In this document: positions 8,831 through 17,527 of the stretch, in pieces
Numbering within the stretch: the first letter of the stretch is position 1
Layout: each line of letters opens with the position of its first letter
Origin: Candidatus Bathyarchaeota archaeon
GTDB lineage: Archaea; Thermoproteota; Bathyarchaeia; 40CM-2-53-6
Assembly: GCA_963726255.1 (NCBI GenBank)
Contig: CAVSBL010000002.1
Location: 2,080,001 to 2,144,000, forward strand
Direction of reading: 5' to 3'
DNA length: 64,000 bases
The notes under the pieces: generated by a model
The model's database searches: none
Told to the model about the DNA's origin: nothing
What the model saw: the letters and a program-made list of their open reading frames with translations, nothing else
Program-made: the position numbers and the translations under genes

Positions 8831-9061
8831 TACTCGCTGACTGCAGGATGGAACCTGATCGGCTACAAACCCCAACCCCGCGTTCAAAATGAAACTGTAA
8901 GTCAATACCTCATCAGCATCAGCGGAAGCTACGACCCGAACAACGTTTTCGTTTACAACAACCTAACCGGTTCATGGACTCGCGGCGGACCCTCAACTCA
9001 ACTTGTCTCTGGAGAAGTCATGTGGATTCTAATGGCCTCATCCGCTACGCTGAGGCCGTAA
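8831..9061 (+). repeat. TLRP copy 4: start-less copy of the terminal GWNL repeat
   Basis: YSLTAGWNLIGYKPQPRVQNETVSQYLISISGSYDPNNVFVYNNLTGSWTRGGPSTQLVSGEVMWILMASSATLRP-TAA; same frame as 7988..8806. Confidence 0.9.
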
Positions 9062-9171
9062 CACCCAGCCACAATGACCGGAGGGCATTCCCTCGTCAGC
9101 TTGGCAACGCCCTCAAGGTGGATGTAATCAACTGATGATTAGTGCTGTGAGCTGTCCATTCGTGAGGGCGT

Positions 9172-9597
9172 CTAATTGCGTGTCTTCTTGATTAGGTGGG
9201 AGGGTTCGGTTCTTGGAACGTCGAGTTTGTCGAAATGCTTGTCGTAGCTTACAATGGCCTCTACTCCTAATCTCTTTGCAACGTAATATTGCAGCGCGTC
9301 GTCAAAATCCAGAGATTCTCTCTCAGTTAGCATCGCTGCAGACATCTCATCCGCTACGCCGGTCTCAAAGACGGTGAGCCCAAGCGAATTATCTAGATTC
9401 CTGAGGAAGGTGAGGATTGGTTCTCCTGAGCCAAGCACAGCTTCCACTGCGTGTACGGTGAAATGGGTGATAACCGCTTCAATCCTGCCCTTTGAGACAG
9501 CACTAAGTAAAGCTTCACAATCATCAGCCCTACTTTGCCCCAGCAATAATTCAAGGAAGACGTTCGTATCCAGTAGAATCAATCTTGGTTCGACCAA
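9172..9597 (-). CDS. vapC: VapC PIN-domain toxin
   Basis: LLDTNVFLE, LDFDDALQYY, IVSYDKHFD. Confidence 0.9.
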   Translation of the reverse strand: MVEPRLILLDTNVFLELLLGQSRADDCEALLSAVSKGRIEAVITHFTVHAVEAVLGSGEPILTFLRNLDNSLGLTVFETGVADEMSAAMLTERESLDFDDALQYYVAKRLGVEAIVSYDKHFDKLDVPRTEPSHLIKKTRN

Positions 9598-9815
9598 AGC
9601 CTATGCTGCAATTGAACAGAGGAACCCTTCTTCCCCGTCCTCAAAGTGCCCTTCAAAGAAGCCCAATCCACTGACCCTGACATGGAGAATTTCGTGATCA
9701 CATCCTCCACGGCTTTCTTGATCGTCCCCTTCTTGTACCCGTACTTTTCCATGGCCTTCTTCCTGAACTTCCTAGCAAGAGCATCATCAACCTCGACTTT
9801 TATTGTTTCGGTCAT
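9579..9815 (-). CDS. vapB: Ribbon-helix-helix-type antitoxin
   Basis: 78 aa, TIKVEVDDALARKFR beta-alpha pattern, overlaps vapC. Confidence 0.75.
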   Translation of the reverse strand: MTETIKVEVDDALARKFRKKAMEKYGYKKGTIKKAVEDVITKFSMSGSVDWASLKGTLRTGKKGSSVQLQHRLWSNQD

Positions 9816-10064
9816 ATGTCCATATCCCCCAAATGTCCATTACTCGCCCAACCTAAAAGAGTTAAGGTATCTACGCGTGCAGTCACGTGTAAATCGAGGG
9901 AAATTACGCCGCCACCCTCGTTACAATAGCTGCGCCTGAGGCCGCGGCGATCTGCCGCCAACGCTTCTACGTAGAAAGTTGCGCGTCCACGAATCCCACC
10001 GGTCCGAGAATACCGACTGAGAAACCAGGAATTAATCCGTTTAAAGAACGAAATATTGCTGGCA

Positions 10065-10454
10065 CTAAAACCATGTTGTCTTCACGTTAGCTATTGATTT
10101 GATGTGGTCGTCGTCCGTGAAGCAAACCAGCTTCTTGATCTTCGCAGTTGCGGCAATTATTGCGTCTGCGATTGGAAAATCTCTGCCTTGGGAAACTTTA
10201 ACCTCAGCAGACTCGGCGGCTATGTCAGAATTAATGTCTATGACTTCAAAGTCTCTCTCAATAGCAGATTTTCTTATCTTTGCCACATCACGGCCTTCAA
10301 CTTCGAGGCTTATTCTGTATACTTCGTGAATGGTAATGGCTGATACGTATCTACGTTTTCGAGCCTGTAGTTCCGACTTGACCTTCAGTCGCAGACCACG
10401 TTCTGCAGTGTAGGTTGCGATGAAGAATCTTGTGTCATAAAGTGTGTCAGGCAT
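10065..10454 (-). CDS. vapC: VapC PIN-domain toxin
   Basis: YDTRFF, TIHEV, IADAIIAATA, FTDDDH. Confidence 0.9.
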   Translation of the reverse strand: MPDTLYDTRFFIATYTAERGLRLKVKSELQARKRRYVSAITIHEVYRISLEVEGRDVAKIRKSAIERDFEVIDINSDIAAESAEVKVSQGRDFPIADAIIAATAKIKKLVCFTDDDHIKSIANVKTTWF

Positions 10455-10668
10455 CTTCTCGCCTGATCTGGTCTAGTCTTCGCTTCATTTCGTCGAAGCC
10501 TTTTTTGCTGCTTCCAATGAGGTCGATCGTCGACCGAGCTTTTCTGAACATTACTCCCTCACCGGTGTCAATTACTTGGAGCTTCGCTCCTTGGGACATG
10601 GCATACTTCTCCCGCAACTCTTTGGGGATAGTTGTCTGGCCCTTCCGGGTTACAGTGACGGTAGTCAA
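10447..10668 (-). CDS. vapB: AbrB/MazE-family antitoxin
   Basis: VTVTRKGQTTIPKELREKY signature. Confidence 0.9.
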   Translation of the reverse strand: MTTVTVTRKGQTTIPKELREKYAMSQGAKLQVIDTGEGVMFRKARSTIDLIGSSKKGFDEMKRRLDQIRREDA

Positions 10669-10719
10669 TCCTGATTCAGATCAAGTGTGGTTTGGGTAGT
10701 ATTTATCAGTGACGGTAGT
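10653..10719. promoter_or_regulatory. 13-bp direct repeat across the antitoxin start and promoter (candidate autorepression operator)
   Basis: CAGTGACGGTAGT at 10653-10665 and 10707-10719. Confidence 0.45.
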
Positions 10720-10934
10720 ACTGTTAACTTCGGTACTACTTCATGCTCCTGAAGCAGGTCCGTTTCAAACCTGGGCGTTAACATGCAGTCAATGGTGCTT
10801 GATGTGTGGACAGCCGTACGGGACTCATTTAACCCAATAGATCTTGGGCTCAGACCCCATTGATCCCAAGATTGTCTGGGAATGCTGCCGGAAAATGCAC
10901 CCAGGACGAGACGATATGTGACCGGCCCCGCCCC

Positions 10935-11006
10935 ACATCAACTCAACTAGTCCATGGAGAAGTCGTGTGGATCCTAAGGGCCTCATCCGCTGCACTGAGG
11001 CCGTGA
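10935..11006 (+). repeat. TLRP copy 5 (short remnant)
   Basis: TSTQLVHGEVVWILRASSAALRP-TGA; closest to copy 4, with similar downstream flank. Confidence 0.9.
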
Positions 11007-11165
11007 GAATTCAGTCACAAGAACCGCGCCTGAGGCCTAAACCAGCTTAGGGTTGCCTTCGCTTGGCACCGTTTGGCACCACCCCAAGATGGGTGGATCA
11101 ACCGTCCCCGCTGCGAATGGTTGCAGCATTATTTGGCCGTGAGTTCCTTCGGTCCGAACGTTTGA

Positions 11166-11555
11166 TTAGATCATGTAAACTTCTGGTAATCCTCGAAAAT
11201 GCTGGTCCCCGGTAACAACCTTCCCGCCTCTATCACGTGCAGTTGAAAGTACAATTGAATCAGCCAACCCCCAACCCGGAACACGTTTCTTCATCACCAC
11301 ATCCAGCTTAGCGGCTTCGACAGCCAATTCCTCACCGAGAACCACAAGCGCACTTCTCGATTTGATGAAAGCCCTTCGGAGCTCCGCCTTCTCGGCGGCC
11401 TCGCTTCTCAGAATCTTAGCGTATATCTCTGCCAAGCATATTGATGGTGTGAGCTTCTCATTGACTTCAGAGTCAACAATTGCTTTGACTTTCCTTCCGC
11501 CGTCGGTTCCCATGAAGTATTCTAGCCAGGCGTGGGAATCTATAATGTACTTCAA
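11166..11555 (-). CDS. vapC: VapC PIN-domain toxin
   Basis: IIDSHAWLEYF, CLAEI, LADSIVLSTA, VTGDQHF. Confidence 0.9.
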   Translation of the reverse strand: MKYIIDSHAWLEYFMGTDGGRKVKAIVDSEVNEKLTPSICLAEIYAKILRSEAAEKAELRRAFIKSRSALVVLGEELAVEAAKLDVVMKKRVPGWGLADSIVLSTARDRGGKVVTGDQHFRGLPEVYMI

Positions 11556-11737
11556 GTTCGGTCCCTATGGTCGCGGAGGTCCCTCAAGGACGTCTTGTCC
11601 ATTGTGCCGAACATGCTCTCTCCCTTCAGCAAGGCTTCGGCTAGGATTGCGTTAATGGCGTCTGAGATTCCTCTCGGGCCGTACTTCTTTTTGAGAATCT
11701 CATACAGGTCTTCTCTAAGCAACACTGTCGTCTTCAT
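11552..11737 (-). CDS. vapB: Small antitoxin
   Basis: 61 aa, KTTVLLREDLYEILKK RHH-like, 4-nt overlap with vapC. Confidence 0.8.
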   Translation of the reverse strand: MKTTVLLREDLYEILKKKYGPRGISDAINAILAEALLKGESMFGTMDKTSLRDLRDHRDRT

Positions 11738-11750
11738 GGCAAATACGTAA

Positions 11751-11778
11751 CCGTAAACATAAACATAAACCTTTACGG
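11751..11778. promoter_or_regulatory. Inverted repeat upstream of the antitoxin (candidate operator)
   Basis: CCGTAAA-(CATAAACATAAACC)-TTTACGG. Confidence 0.45.
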
Positions 11779-11791
11779 CTTCGCATCTACC

Positions 11792-11968
11792 ATGAGAGGT
11801 AACCGCGAAACCTACCTAATGAGCACCACAGGAAGTTATGAAACAAACAGCATTTGGGTTTACGATAGTTTAACCTCGGTTTGCGTTTGGGCTGACTCGA
11901 GCTACATGCTTCAGCCTGGTGTGGGAATGTGGATCCTTATGACCGCGCCCGCGACGCTCAGACCGTAA
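11792..11968 (+). repeat. TLRP copy 6 (remnant; open 58-aa frame from ATG 11792)
   Basis: MRGNRETYLMSTTGSYETNSIWVYDSLTSVCVWADSSYMLQPGVGMWILMTAPATLRP-TAA. Confidence 0.9.
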
Positions 11969-11984
11969 CCCATGCTGAACTTAA

Positions 11985-12338
11985 TCAAATGTCCCGGATG
12001 ATGTTGGGAATATCGCCGAGAATTATTTGGGTGATTTCGACGAAGCCACGGAACTTCCCCGCCTTAAACCAAGGCGTTTGGCACACCAACTTTCGCACTC
12101 CCCCCTTCTGCGTAGTGTAAACGTTTGCCTGCTTTTTCTCTATAAGCTCCTTGAGTTTCGCCCGTGCCGATTCCGGGTGGCAATCAAACACATTAGTGCC
12201 AATCAGCTGCTGACCCCCATCGTCCTTGAAGTCTTCGGCCGCCTTCGCGTTCATCTCCAGAATCATTCCCGCGGAATCGCACACAGTAATTGCAGCAGGA
12301 AATTCTTCCACCCACGAATGATTAGTGACTTTCGCCAA
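11985..12338 (-). CDS. Stand-alone PAS-domain protein
   Basis: ITVCDSAGMILEMNAKA...LIGTNVFDCHP PAS signature. Confidence 0.8.
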   Translation of the reverse strand: MAKVTNHSWVEEFPAAITVCDSAGMILEMNAKAAEDFKDDGGQQLIGTNVFDCHPESARAKLKELIEKKQANVYTTQKGGVRKLVCQTPWFKAGKFRGFVEITQIILGDIPNIIRDI

Positions 12339-12554
12339 ATTCGCCTCACAACTTCCTAGTTGAATTAAAACCGAGCCCTCCTTTAGAATGCTTTACTCCT
12401 TATCCTTAGAGGAAATCACTCAAGATTAGCGGCCAAGTCTTGCAGACTTCACCGGTGGCCTCTGTAACACTGAAATCGTATGACTGACGGGCACGTTACA
12501 GGTTGTACGTCAGTCTTAAGTACAACACTTTAGCTAAGGTTGTACTGGCAACCT

Positions 12555-12791
12555 ATGTCAGACGATGTCGTTCTGGTTACAAGGAAGGGTCAGATTACGA
12601 TCCCAGTCTCAAAGAGAAACAAGTACAGAATAAAGGAAGGCATGAAGGTTCTTGTAAAGGACAGTTCTGAGGGCATTCTCATTAAGCCAATTACACCGAT
12701 AGAAAGTTTAGCGGGAGTGGATGCAGGTAAAGTAAGCATTGCGCGGATGAAGCGTAAACTGGACGACATGAGGCGACAAGATAGGTACTGA
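12555..12791 (+). CDS. vapB: AbrB/MazE-family antitoxin
   Basis: VLVTRKGQITIP; ATG at 12555 chosen as the start. Confidence 0.9.
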   Translation: MSDDVVLVTRKGQITIPVSKRNKYRIKEGMKVLVKDSSEGILIKPITPIESLAGVDAGKVSIARMKRKLDDMRRQDRY

Positions 12792-12793
12792 AC

Positions 12794-13192
12794 ATGCCCG
12801 TCACGGTCGACACACGTTTCTTTTTGACTCATTACCTCGCGGACACTGATGAGCTTAAGTCGAGAACATCAGGAAAAATGATTGAACTTCAAAGAGAAGG
12901 CGCCGTGGTTCCTACGATCGTTCTCCATGAAGTGTATAAGTTCACTTACGAAAATGTCGGAAAGGAAGTCGCCTATCTTCGCGTCAACTCGATTATGAGC
13001 TCGGATATGAGGGTGGTTGATTTGACACCACAAATTGCTGTAGCATCAGCTAACCTGAGGTGTCGGCACAGGGGATTGCCGACAGCCGATTCGATTATTG
13101 CAGCAACGTGCATAGATACGAAATCGAAGCGCGTTCTCTCCGATGACCCACGCTTCAAGATGATCAAAGAAATCGAGGCCGAATGGCTCTAA
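12794..13192 (+). CDS. vapC: VapC PIN-domain toxin
   Basis: VDTRFF, VLHEV, TADSIIAATC, LSDDPRF. Confidence 0.9.
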   Translation: MPVTVDTRFFLTHYLADTDELKSRTSGKMIELQREGAVVPTIVLHEVYKFTYENVGKEVAYLRVNSIMSSDMRVVDLTPQIAVASANLRCRHRGLPTADSIIAATCIDTKSKRVLSDDPRFKMIKEIEAEWL

Positions 13193-13207
13193 CGCTCTCC
13201 ACGTGCC

Positions 13208-13288
13208 CGTACTAATGAGTACACATCGCTTCGGCCTGGGCAGGCAATGTGGATTCTTATGACCGCGCCTGCCACACTCCGACCTTAA
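13208..13288 (+). repeat. TLRP copy 7 (last remnant; right end of the island)
   Basis: RTNEYTSLRPGQAMWILMTAPATLRP-TAA. Confidence 0.9.
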
Positions 13289-13354
13289 CGCAGTCCCGTT
13301 CTCTTCGCAGTCACGGCGCCACATTGTGTATGCGCGCACGAATTAATCTGAATG

Positions 13355-13633
13355 TCATTCTAGTCTGCGAATGATGTGGTATCCGAATTGTGTTTTCACG
13401 ATGGGTGAGGTTTGTCCTTTCTGGAGCGCGAACGCGGTCTGCTCAAACTCTTTCACCATCTTCCCACGCGTGAACCAGCCGAGGTCGCCCCCACGTTTGC
13501 CCGAGCCCGGGTCGCGGGAGACCGCTTTCGCAATATTAGAGAACTTCTCACCCTTACTCAGCCGATCCAAGACCGCCTGCGCCTCCTTCTCAGTCTTCAC
13601 GAGAATATGGGTGCAGTGAACCTGATTGGGCAA
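13355..13633 (-). CDS. Parvulin-type peptidyl-prolyl isomerase
   Basis: HILVK, GGDLGWFTRGKMVKEFE, TQFGYHII. Confidence 0.95.
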   Translation of the reverse strand: MPNQVHCTHILVKTEKEAQAVLDRLSKGEKFSNIAKAVSRDPGSGKRGGDLGWFTRGKMVKEFEQTAFALQKGQTSPIVKTQFGYHIIRRLE

Positions 13634-13784
13634 AAGTAATCACTGGTACGAAACTCCGCCGAGTCCTCAATTAAGCATGTCGTCGACCTCGCCGATTACA
13701 AAGTGAGGAATCAGGGAGCATCAGGAGAGTTTGCTGAGTGGCGCGCACGGCATGTGAATCGAGGGCGTTTGCTAGTTAGTTAGG

Positions 13785-14252
13785 TTATTTGTTTCTGCGT
13801 ACGTAGTCTCTTTCCAGTGCTGACGCATACTTGTCCCAGATTTCGTGAGTATGCTTCAAATCTTGCGTTTTGGTGGGGGCGTTGCGTATCTTGTAGTGTT
13901 CTGTAAAGCGCATGTCAAGTCTGGTTCTTCGGGGGCCGAGTCTCGTTAACCTGTAATCACCCGTCTCGTCATCTTCATCGCCTATGAAGTCGAGGTGCCA
14001 CCACTTGCGGGGATACAGGGTCACTATGTTCACCCCAATCTTGGGCTTGCCTCCGCTCCTGTAAGCTGAAACGTAAATCACATGAGGTCCCCTCTTCAAC
14101 AGCATTTTCCGTTTCGCCTTCGAGCCAGTTATTTTCGGGTCGCTTTCCCGATAGTCTGTGCACCAATCGTAAACGAAGGGAAGTGGGGCGTGAATTATTT
14201 TTGAAACGCGGTAAGAGTAAGTCTTCGTGTAGCTATGCGCCAAGCCTAACAT
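13785..14252 (-). CDS. Hypothetical protein, possibly START/SRPBCC fold
   Basis: IHAPLPFVYDWCTD pattern resembles the SRPBCC N-terminus. Confidence 0.55.
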   Translation of the reverse strand: MLGLAHSYTKTYSYRVSKIIHAPLPFVYDWCTDYRESDPKITGSKAKRKMLLKRGPHVIYVSAYRSGGKPKIGVNIVTLYPRKWWHLDFIGDEDDETGDYRLTRLGPRRTRLDMRFTEHYKIRNAPTKTQDLKHTHEIWDKYASALERDYVRRNK

Positions 14253-14404
14253 TTCCTCGTAGTTACGTACGTCCCAGCATATTTAGCGTTACGTTTGAAA
14301 ATATGATTCCATGGTGTGTGCGCATCATCAGACCCATAGTAGATTGTCGCGGGCCTTATTCTTCGATATCCGTTTCGTGATGATGACGGTGAAAAAAGTT
14401 CAGC

Positions 14405-14695
14405 CTATTTCTTTGCGGTTTTGTCTGCTATTTCCTTGGCGATTTGTTCTTTGGTTTTGCCTTCCGTGCTTATGTTGAGGCTTCGAGCAGCCACCAGGAG
14501 AGGGTCTTGCGCGGTTTCGGTTGTAGTGCCCGTCGTGGGGTTCTTGATTGACGTTATCTCCTGCGTGCTTTTCTCGAACTCTTTCTTAGCCAGGCCTAAG
14601 GATCTGGCCAGTTCGGGGAGTTTCTTGGGGCCCCACAGGAAAATGACCAGTATGATCCCGATTATGATGAGCCATTCATACCCAATTAACGCCAT
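14405..14695 (-). CDS. tatA: Twin-arginine translocase TatA
   Basis: EWLIIIGIILVIFLWGPKKLPELARSLGLAKKEF. Confidence 0.92.
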   Translation of the reverse strand: MALIGYEWLIIIGIILVIFLWGPKKLPELARSLGLAKKEFEKSTQEITSIKNPTTGTTTETAQDPLLVAARSLNISTEGKTKEQIAKEIADKTAKK

Positions 14696-14847
14696 CGGAC
14701 TTCCGCAACCATGTTTCCTCTGAGCTTAATATAAGTGAATTTCTGCTGCCTACAATCCCATGAGGCCGGGTTTACTTTATCATGCGAACTTCTTGCGTCA
14801 AATCTCGGAAATGCTCATCGTGCGCTTTCCAAATTTTCCGCGTGGAA

Positions 14848-15648
14848 CTAAGTCCTCAATTTACCGAGAAAACTCAATACGTGCATATTGAAGTCCTCAG
14901 GGTTTTCCAAGTTGCTCATGTGCGCGGCGTTAGGGATCACATGAAATTCTGAGTTTGGAATTCTGCTGTGTATCTCCTGCGAGGCTGAAGGGGGAGTAAG
15001 CGTGTCATGTTCGCCCACAAGAATAAGCGTCGGAACCTTGATGCTCGCTAGTGCTTCAGTCGTGTCCGTCCTACTGGCTAAAGCTAACAATGCTCCGCAT
15101 ATGCCGGGCGAAGAATTCCCCTGAATTATCCGCTTAATCTTCTCAACCGCAGCTTTGTTGCCAGTAAAGCTCTGTGGGGCGAACACTGATTTGACAAAGT
15201 TATCCGCATACGCATTAACCCCATTGGTTTTGACGGATTTGATTGCGGCCGCGCGCTTCAACTTGGCTTCGTTGGAATCCGCCTTGGCCTGCGTGTCAGC
15301 GAGAATCAGCGCCCCCACCCTCTCAGGGTTCCTCTCAACCGTTCTAAGCGCAATGTACCCGCCCATCGATAGCCCGCAGAGCAGCGCTCTCTCAATCTTC
15401 AGGTAGTCGAGCAGCGCGAGTAGGTCGTCCACAAAGAATTCGAGCGTGTATTGTCCGTCGCCGACCCCGCTGCTCCCGAGCCCACGAAGGTCGTAAGCGA
15501 CAATCCGATACTGTTTCTGCAGCGCCTGGATTTGCGGGGTCCACATTTCATGGCTGAAGGGAAAGCCATGAATCAGAACGACCGCCAACGCGTTTGGAGC
15601 GCTAACATCAACAAAGTTGACCTCAATCCCATTGATAACCGCCTTCAT
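14848..15648 (-). CDS. Alpha/beta hydrolase (PcaD-like)
   Basis: HGFP, GLSMGG nucleophile elbow, GEHD, AAHMSNLE. Confidence 0.9.
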   Translation of the reverse strand: MKAVINGIEVNFVDVSAPNALAVVLIHGFPFSHEMWTPQIQALQKQYRIVAYDLRGLGSSGVGDGQYTLEFFVDDLLALLDYLKIERALLCGLSMGGYIALRTVERNPERVGALILADTQAKADSNEAKLKRAAAIKSVKTNGVNAYADNFVKSVFAPQSFTGNKAAVEKIKRIIQGNSSPGICGALLALASRTDTTEALASIKVPTLILVGEHDTLTPPSASQEIHSRIPNSEFHVIPNAAHMSNLENPEDFNMHVLSFLGKLRT

Positions 15649-15853
15649 CGATTGCCACTTTACCTACCGTTGCTGGCTTAGTAATCCGACAGTTCTGCTT
15701 AAGCCTCGCCCTAGCGATGTCATGCTGGAGAAAATGATGCCTAGCATATGTTATACACCCGCATTTCCCCTCCTGCCTTAAGGGCGAGTGACATGTTGTC
15801 CCCGCAAAACTAAGCCCATTAAACCTAATCGAGGCGTTTCACGCTAAGGACAC

Positions 15854-16966
15854 TTGTGGTTGCTAATGCTCAGGGTCATTATGCACATTGACATGGATGC
15901 CTTCTATTCCTCCGTCGAGCAACGCGAGAACCCAGACCTGAGAGGCCAGCCAGTCATCGTCGGCGCAGACCCGAAAGGGGGAAAGGGCAGGGGCGTCGTC
16001 GCTGGCTGTTCTTATGAGGCACGGAAGTTCGGTGTGCACTCCGCTCAACCAATCTCCATAGCCTACAGGCTTTGCCCGAACGGAGTCTACCTGAGGCCAA
16101 ACTTCACGCTCTACGAGCAGGTTTCAGAACGAATCATGGAACTGCTCAGGCGGTTCTCAGAGAAGCTCGAACCGATGAGTATCGATGAAGCCTTCATAGA
16201 CGTTTCAGACAAGCTGGCCAGCTTCGAGGAAGCCGCGGGGCTGGCCGCAAAGATAAAGCAAGAAGTGAAGGAGAAGGCTGAGTTCACCTGTTCGGTCGGC
16301 GTCGCGCCAAACAAATCAGTCGCCAAAATAGCCTCAGACTTCAAGAAACCTGACGGCCTAACCATAGTCCCACCAGAGAAAGTACAGAAATTTCTAGCTC
16401 CGCTACCGGTTGGCAAAATCAGTGGCATTGGTAAGAAGAGTTCCGAAGTTCTCGGCGCGAGGGGTATCAAAACCATTGGGGATTTAGCCGCAACCCATCC
16501 CAGCAAGTTGACTGAAGCTTTCGGCAAGTATGGGACGCGCCTATGGCAAGTTGCCAACGGCATAGATGATGAGGAGGTGATCACCTCCTTCTCGATTAAG
16601 TCCATCAGCTCCGAAACCACATTCGAAGAAGATGTGACTGACCGGGGGAAGGTAAGAGAGGCCTTTGCTTCGCTGATTCAAGACGTTCATGCCCGTGTCC
16701 AATCGCAGAATGTCCTCTTCCGCACTGTCGGCATCAAGGTACGCTTGGAAGATTTCACAACGTTCACGCGGGCCAAGACCCACCCGAGGTACAGCGACGA
16801 CAAAGCCGTCATGCAAGAATGCGTGAAGGAACTCTTCAGCGAATTCGAGAAGAGCCCGGCGAAAATTCGGTTAGTGGGCGTTCGGGTGGCTAACTTCAGG
16901 AGGATGGACGCCGAGCAGGAAACATTACTGAGTTGGGCGGCCAGGGGTTCAGGGGCGCAGGGCTAG
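15854..16966 (+). CDS. dinB: DNA polymerase IV (Y family)
   Basis: HIDMDAFYSSVE, SYEARKFGV, SIDEAFID, KIASDFKKPDG; true start may be a few codons downstream. Confidence 0.95.
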   Translation: MWLLMLRVIMHIDMDAFYSSVEQRENPDLRGQPVIVGADPKGGKGRGVVAGCSYEARKFGVHSAQPISIAYRLCPNGVYLRPNFTLYEQVSERIMELLRRFSEKLEPMSIDEAFIDVSDKLASFEEAAGLAAKIKQEVKEKAEFTCSVGVAPNKSVAKIASDFKKPDGLTIVPPEKVQKFLAPLPVGKISGIGKKSSEVLGARGIKTIGDLAATHPSKLTEAFGKYGTRLWQVANGIDDEEVITSFSIKSISSETTFEEDVTDRGKVREAFASLIQDVHARVQSQNVLFRTVGIKVRLEDFTTFTRAKTHPRYSDDKAVMQECVKELFSEFEKSPAKIRLVGVRVANFRRMDAEQETLLSWAARGSGAQG

Positions 16967-17145
16967 GGCCGCAAGATGCTGAGGTCAAGAGATGCCCTGT
17001 GAATGGCGCAATTATTGTCCGTAGGCGTGCCGCAACGAATACCGGCAAAGCGCCCTGCATGTCCTTGTAATTCAAGCCTCTTCGCGTTTGATTGGTGACC
17101 TGTGGCGTCATAAATGGTTTCCATGATGTGGGAGCCGTTTCGCTC

Positions 17146-17379
17146 TTACTGCTTAACCTTGGAGAGGTCGATCCTCTCCAATTCCACGCGCAATTCCACC
17201 AGCCACGCCGCGAATTGTCCTGCTTCTGGGCATACGATGCGTAGGTGTCCGTCAGGAAGAATCGTGATGCTCCCGTTCTCTTCGGTTTTTAGGGGGATGA
17301 ATATGGACTCTCGGTGCAGGTTGAATGAGTCCGTTATCTCCAGAATCCTGAGGATCTGGTCGGGGCGTAGAGCGCTCAT
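17146..17379 (-). CDS. Small hypothetical protein
   Basis: 77-aa ATG ORF filling the intergenic gap, plausible composition. Confidence 0.55.
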   Translation of the reverse strand: MSALRPDQILRILEITDSFNLHRESIFIPLKTEENGSITILPDGHLRIVCPEAGQFAAWLVELRVELERIDLSKVKQ

Positions 17380-17527
17380 CCTTGTTCGCTGGCCTGTAGC
17401 CGGCTACTTACTGGCAATTGATTAAGGCAGCCACTGCATTTAGTTTAGTTATTCTGTAGTATCCAACTGCTACTCTATATGCTAAACATAAGACACGACC
17501 TTTCACGTAACACCTTTTGCGATATCC

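Noticed and set aside
1-13288. TLRP repeats as a diversity-generating retroelement TR/VR set
   Set aside because: No reverse transcriptase in the window, and the differences between copies are not adenine-specific (C/T, G/C, G/T changes at third positions).
1-13288. Classical integron attC array or CRISPR array
   Set aside because: No IntI; the repeats are coding-derived, unequal in length, kilobases apart and lack a shared palindromic structure.
15854-16966. dinB as the mutator or recombination engine of the array
   Set aside because: An ordinary Y-family polymerase 2.5 kb outside the array, among housekeeping genes; no evidence of linkage.
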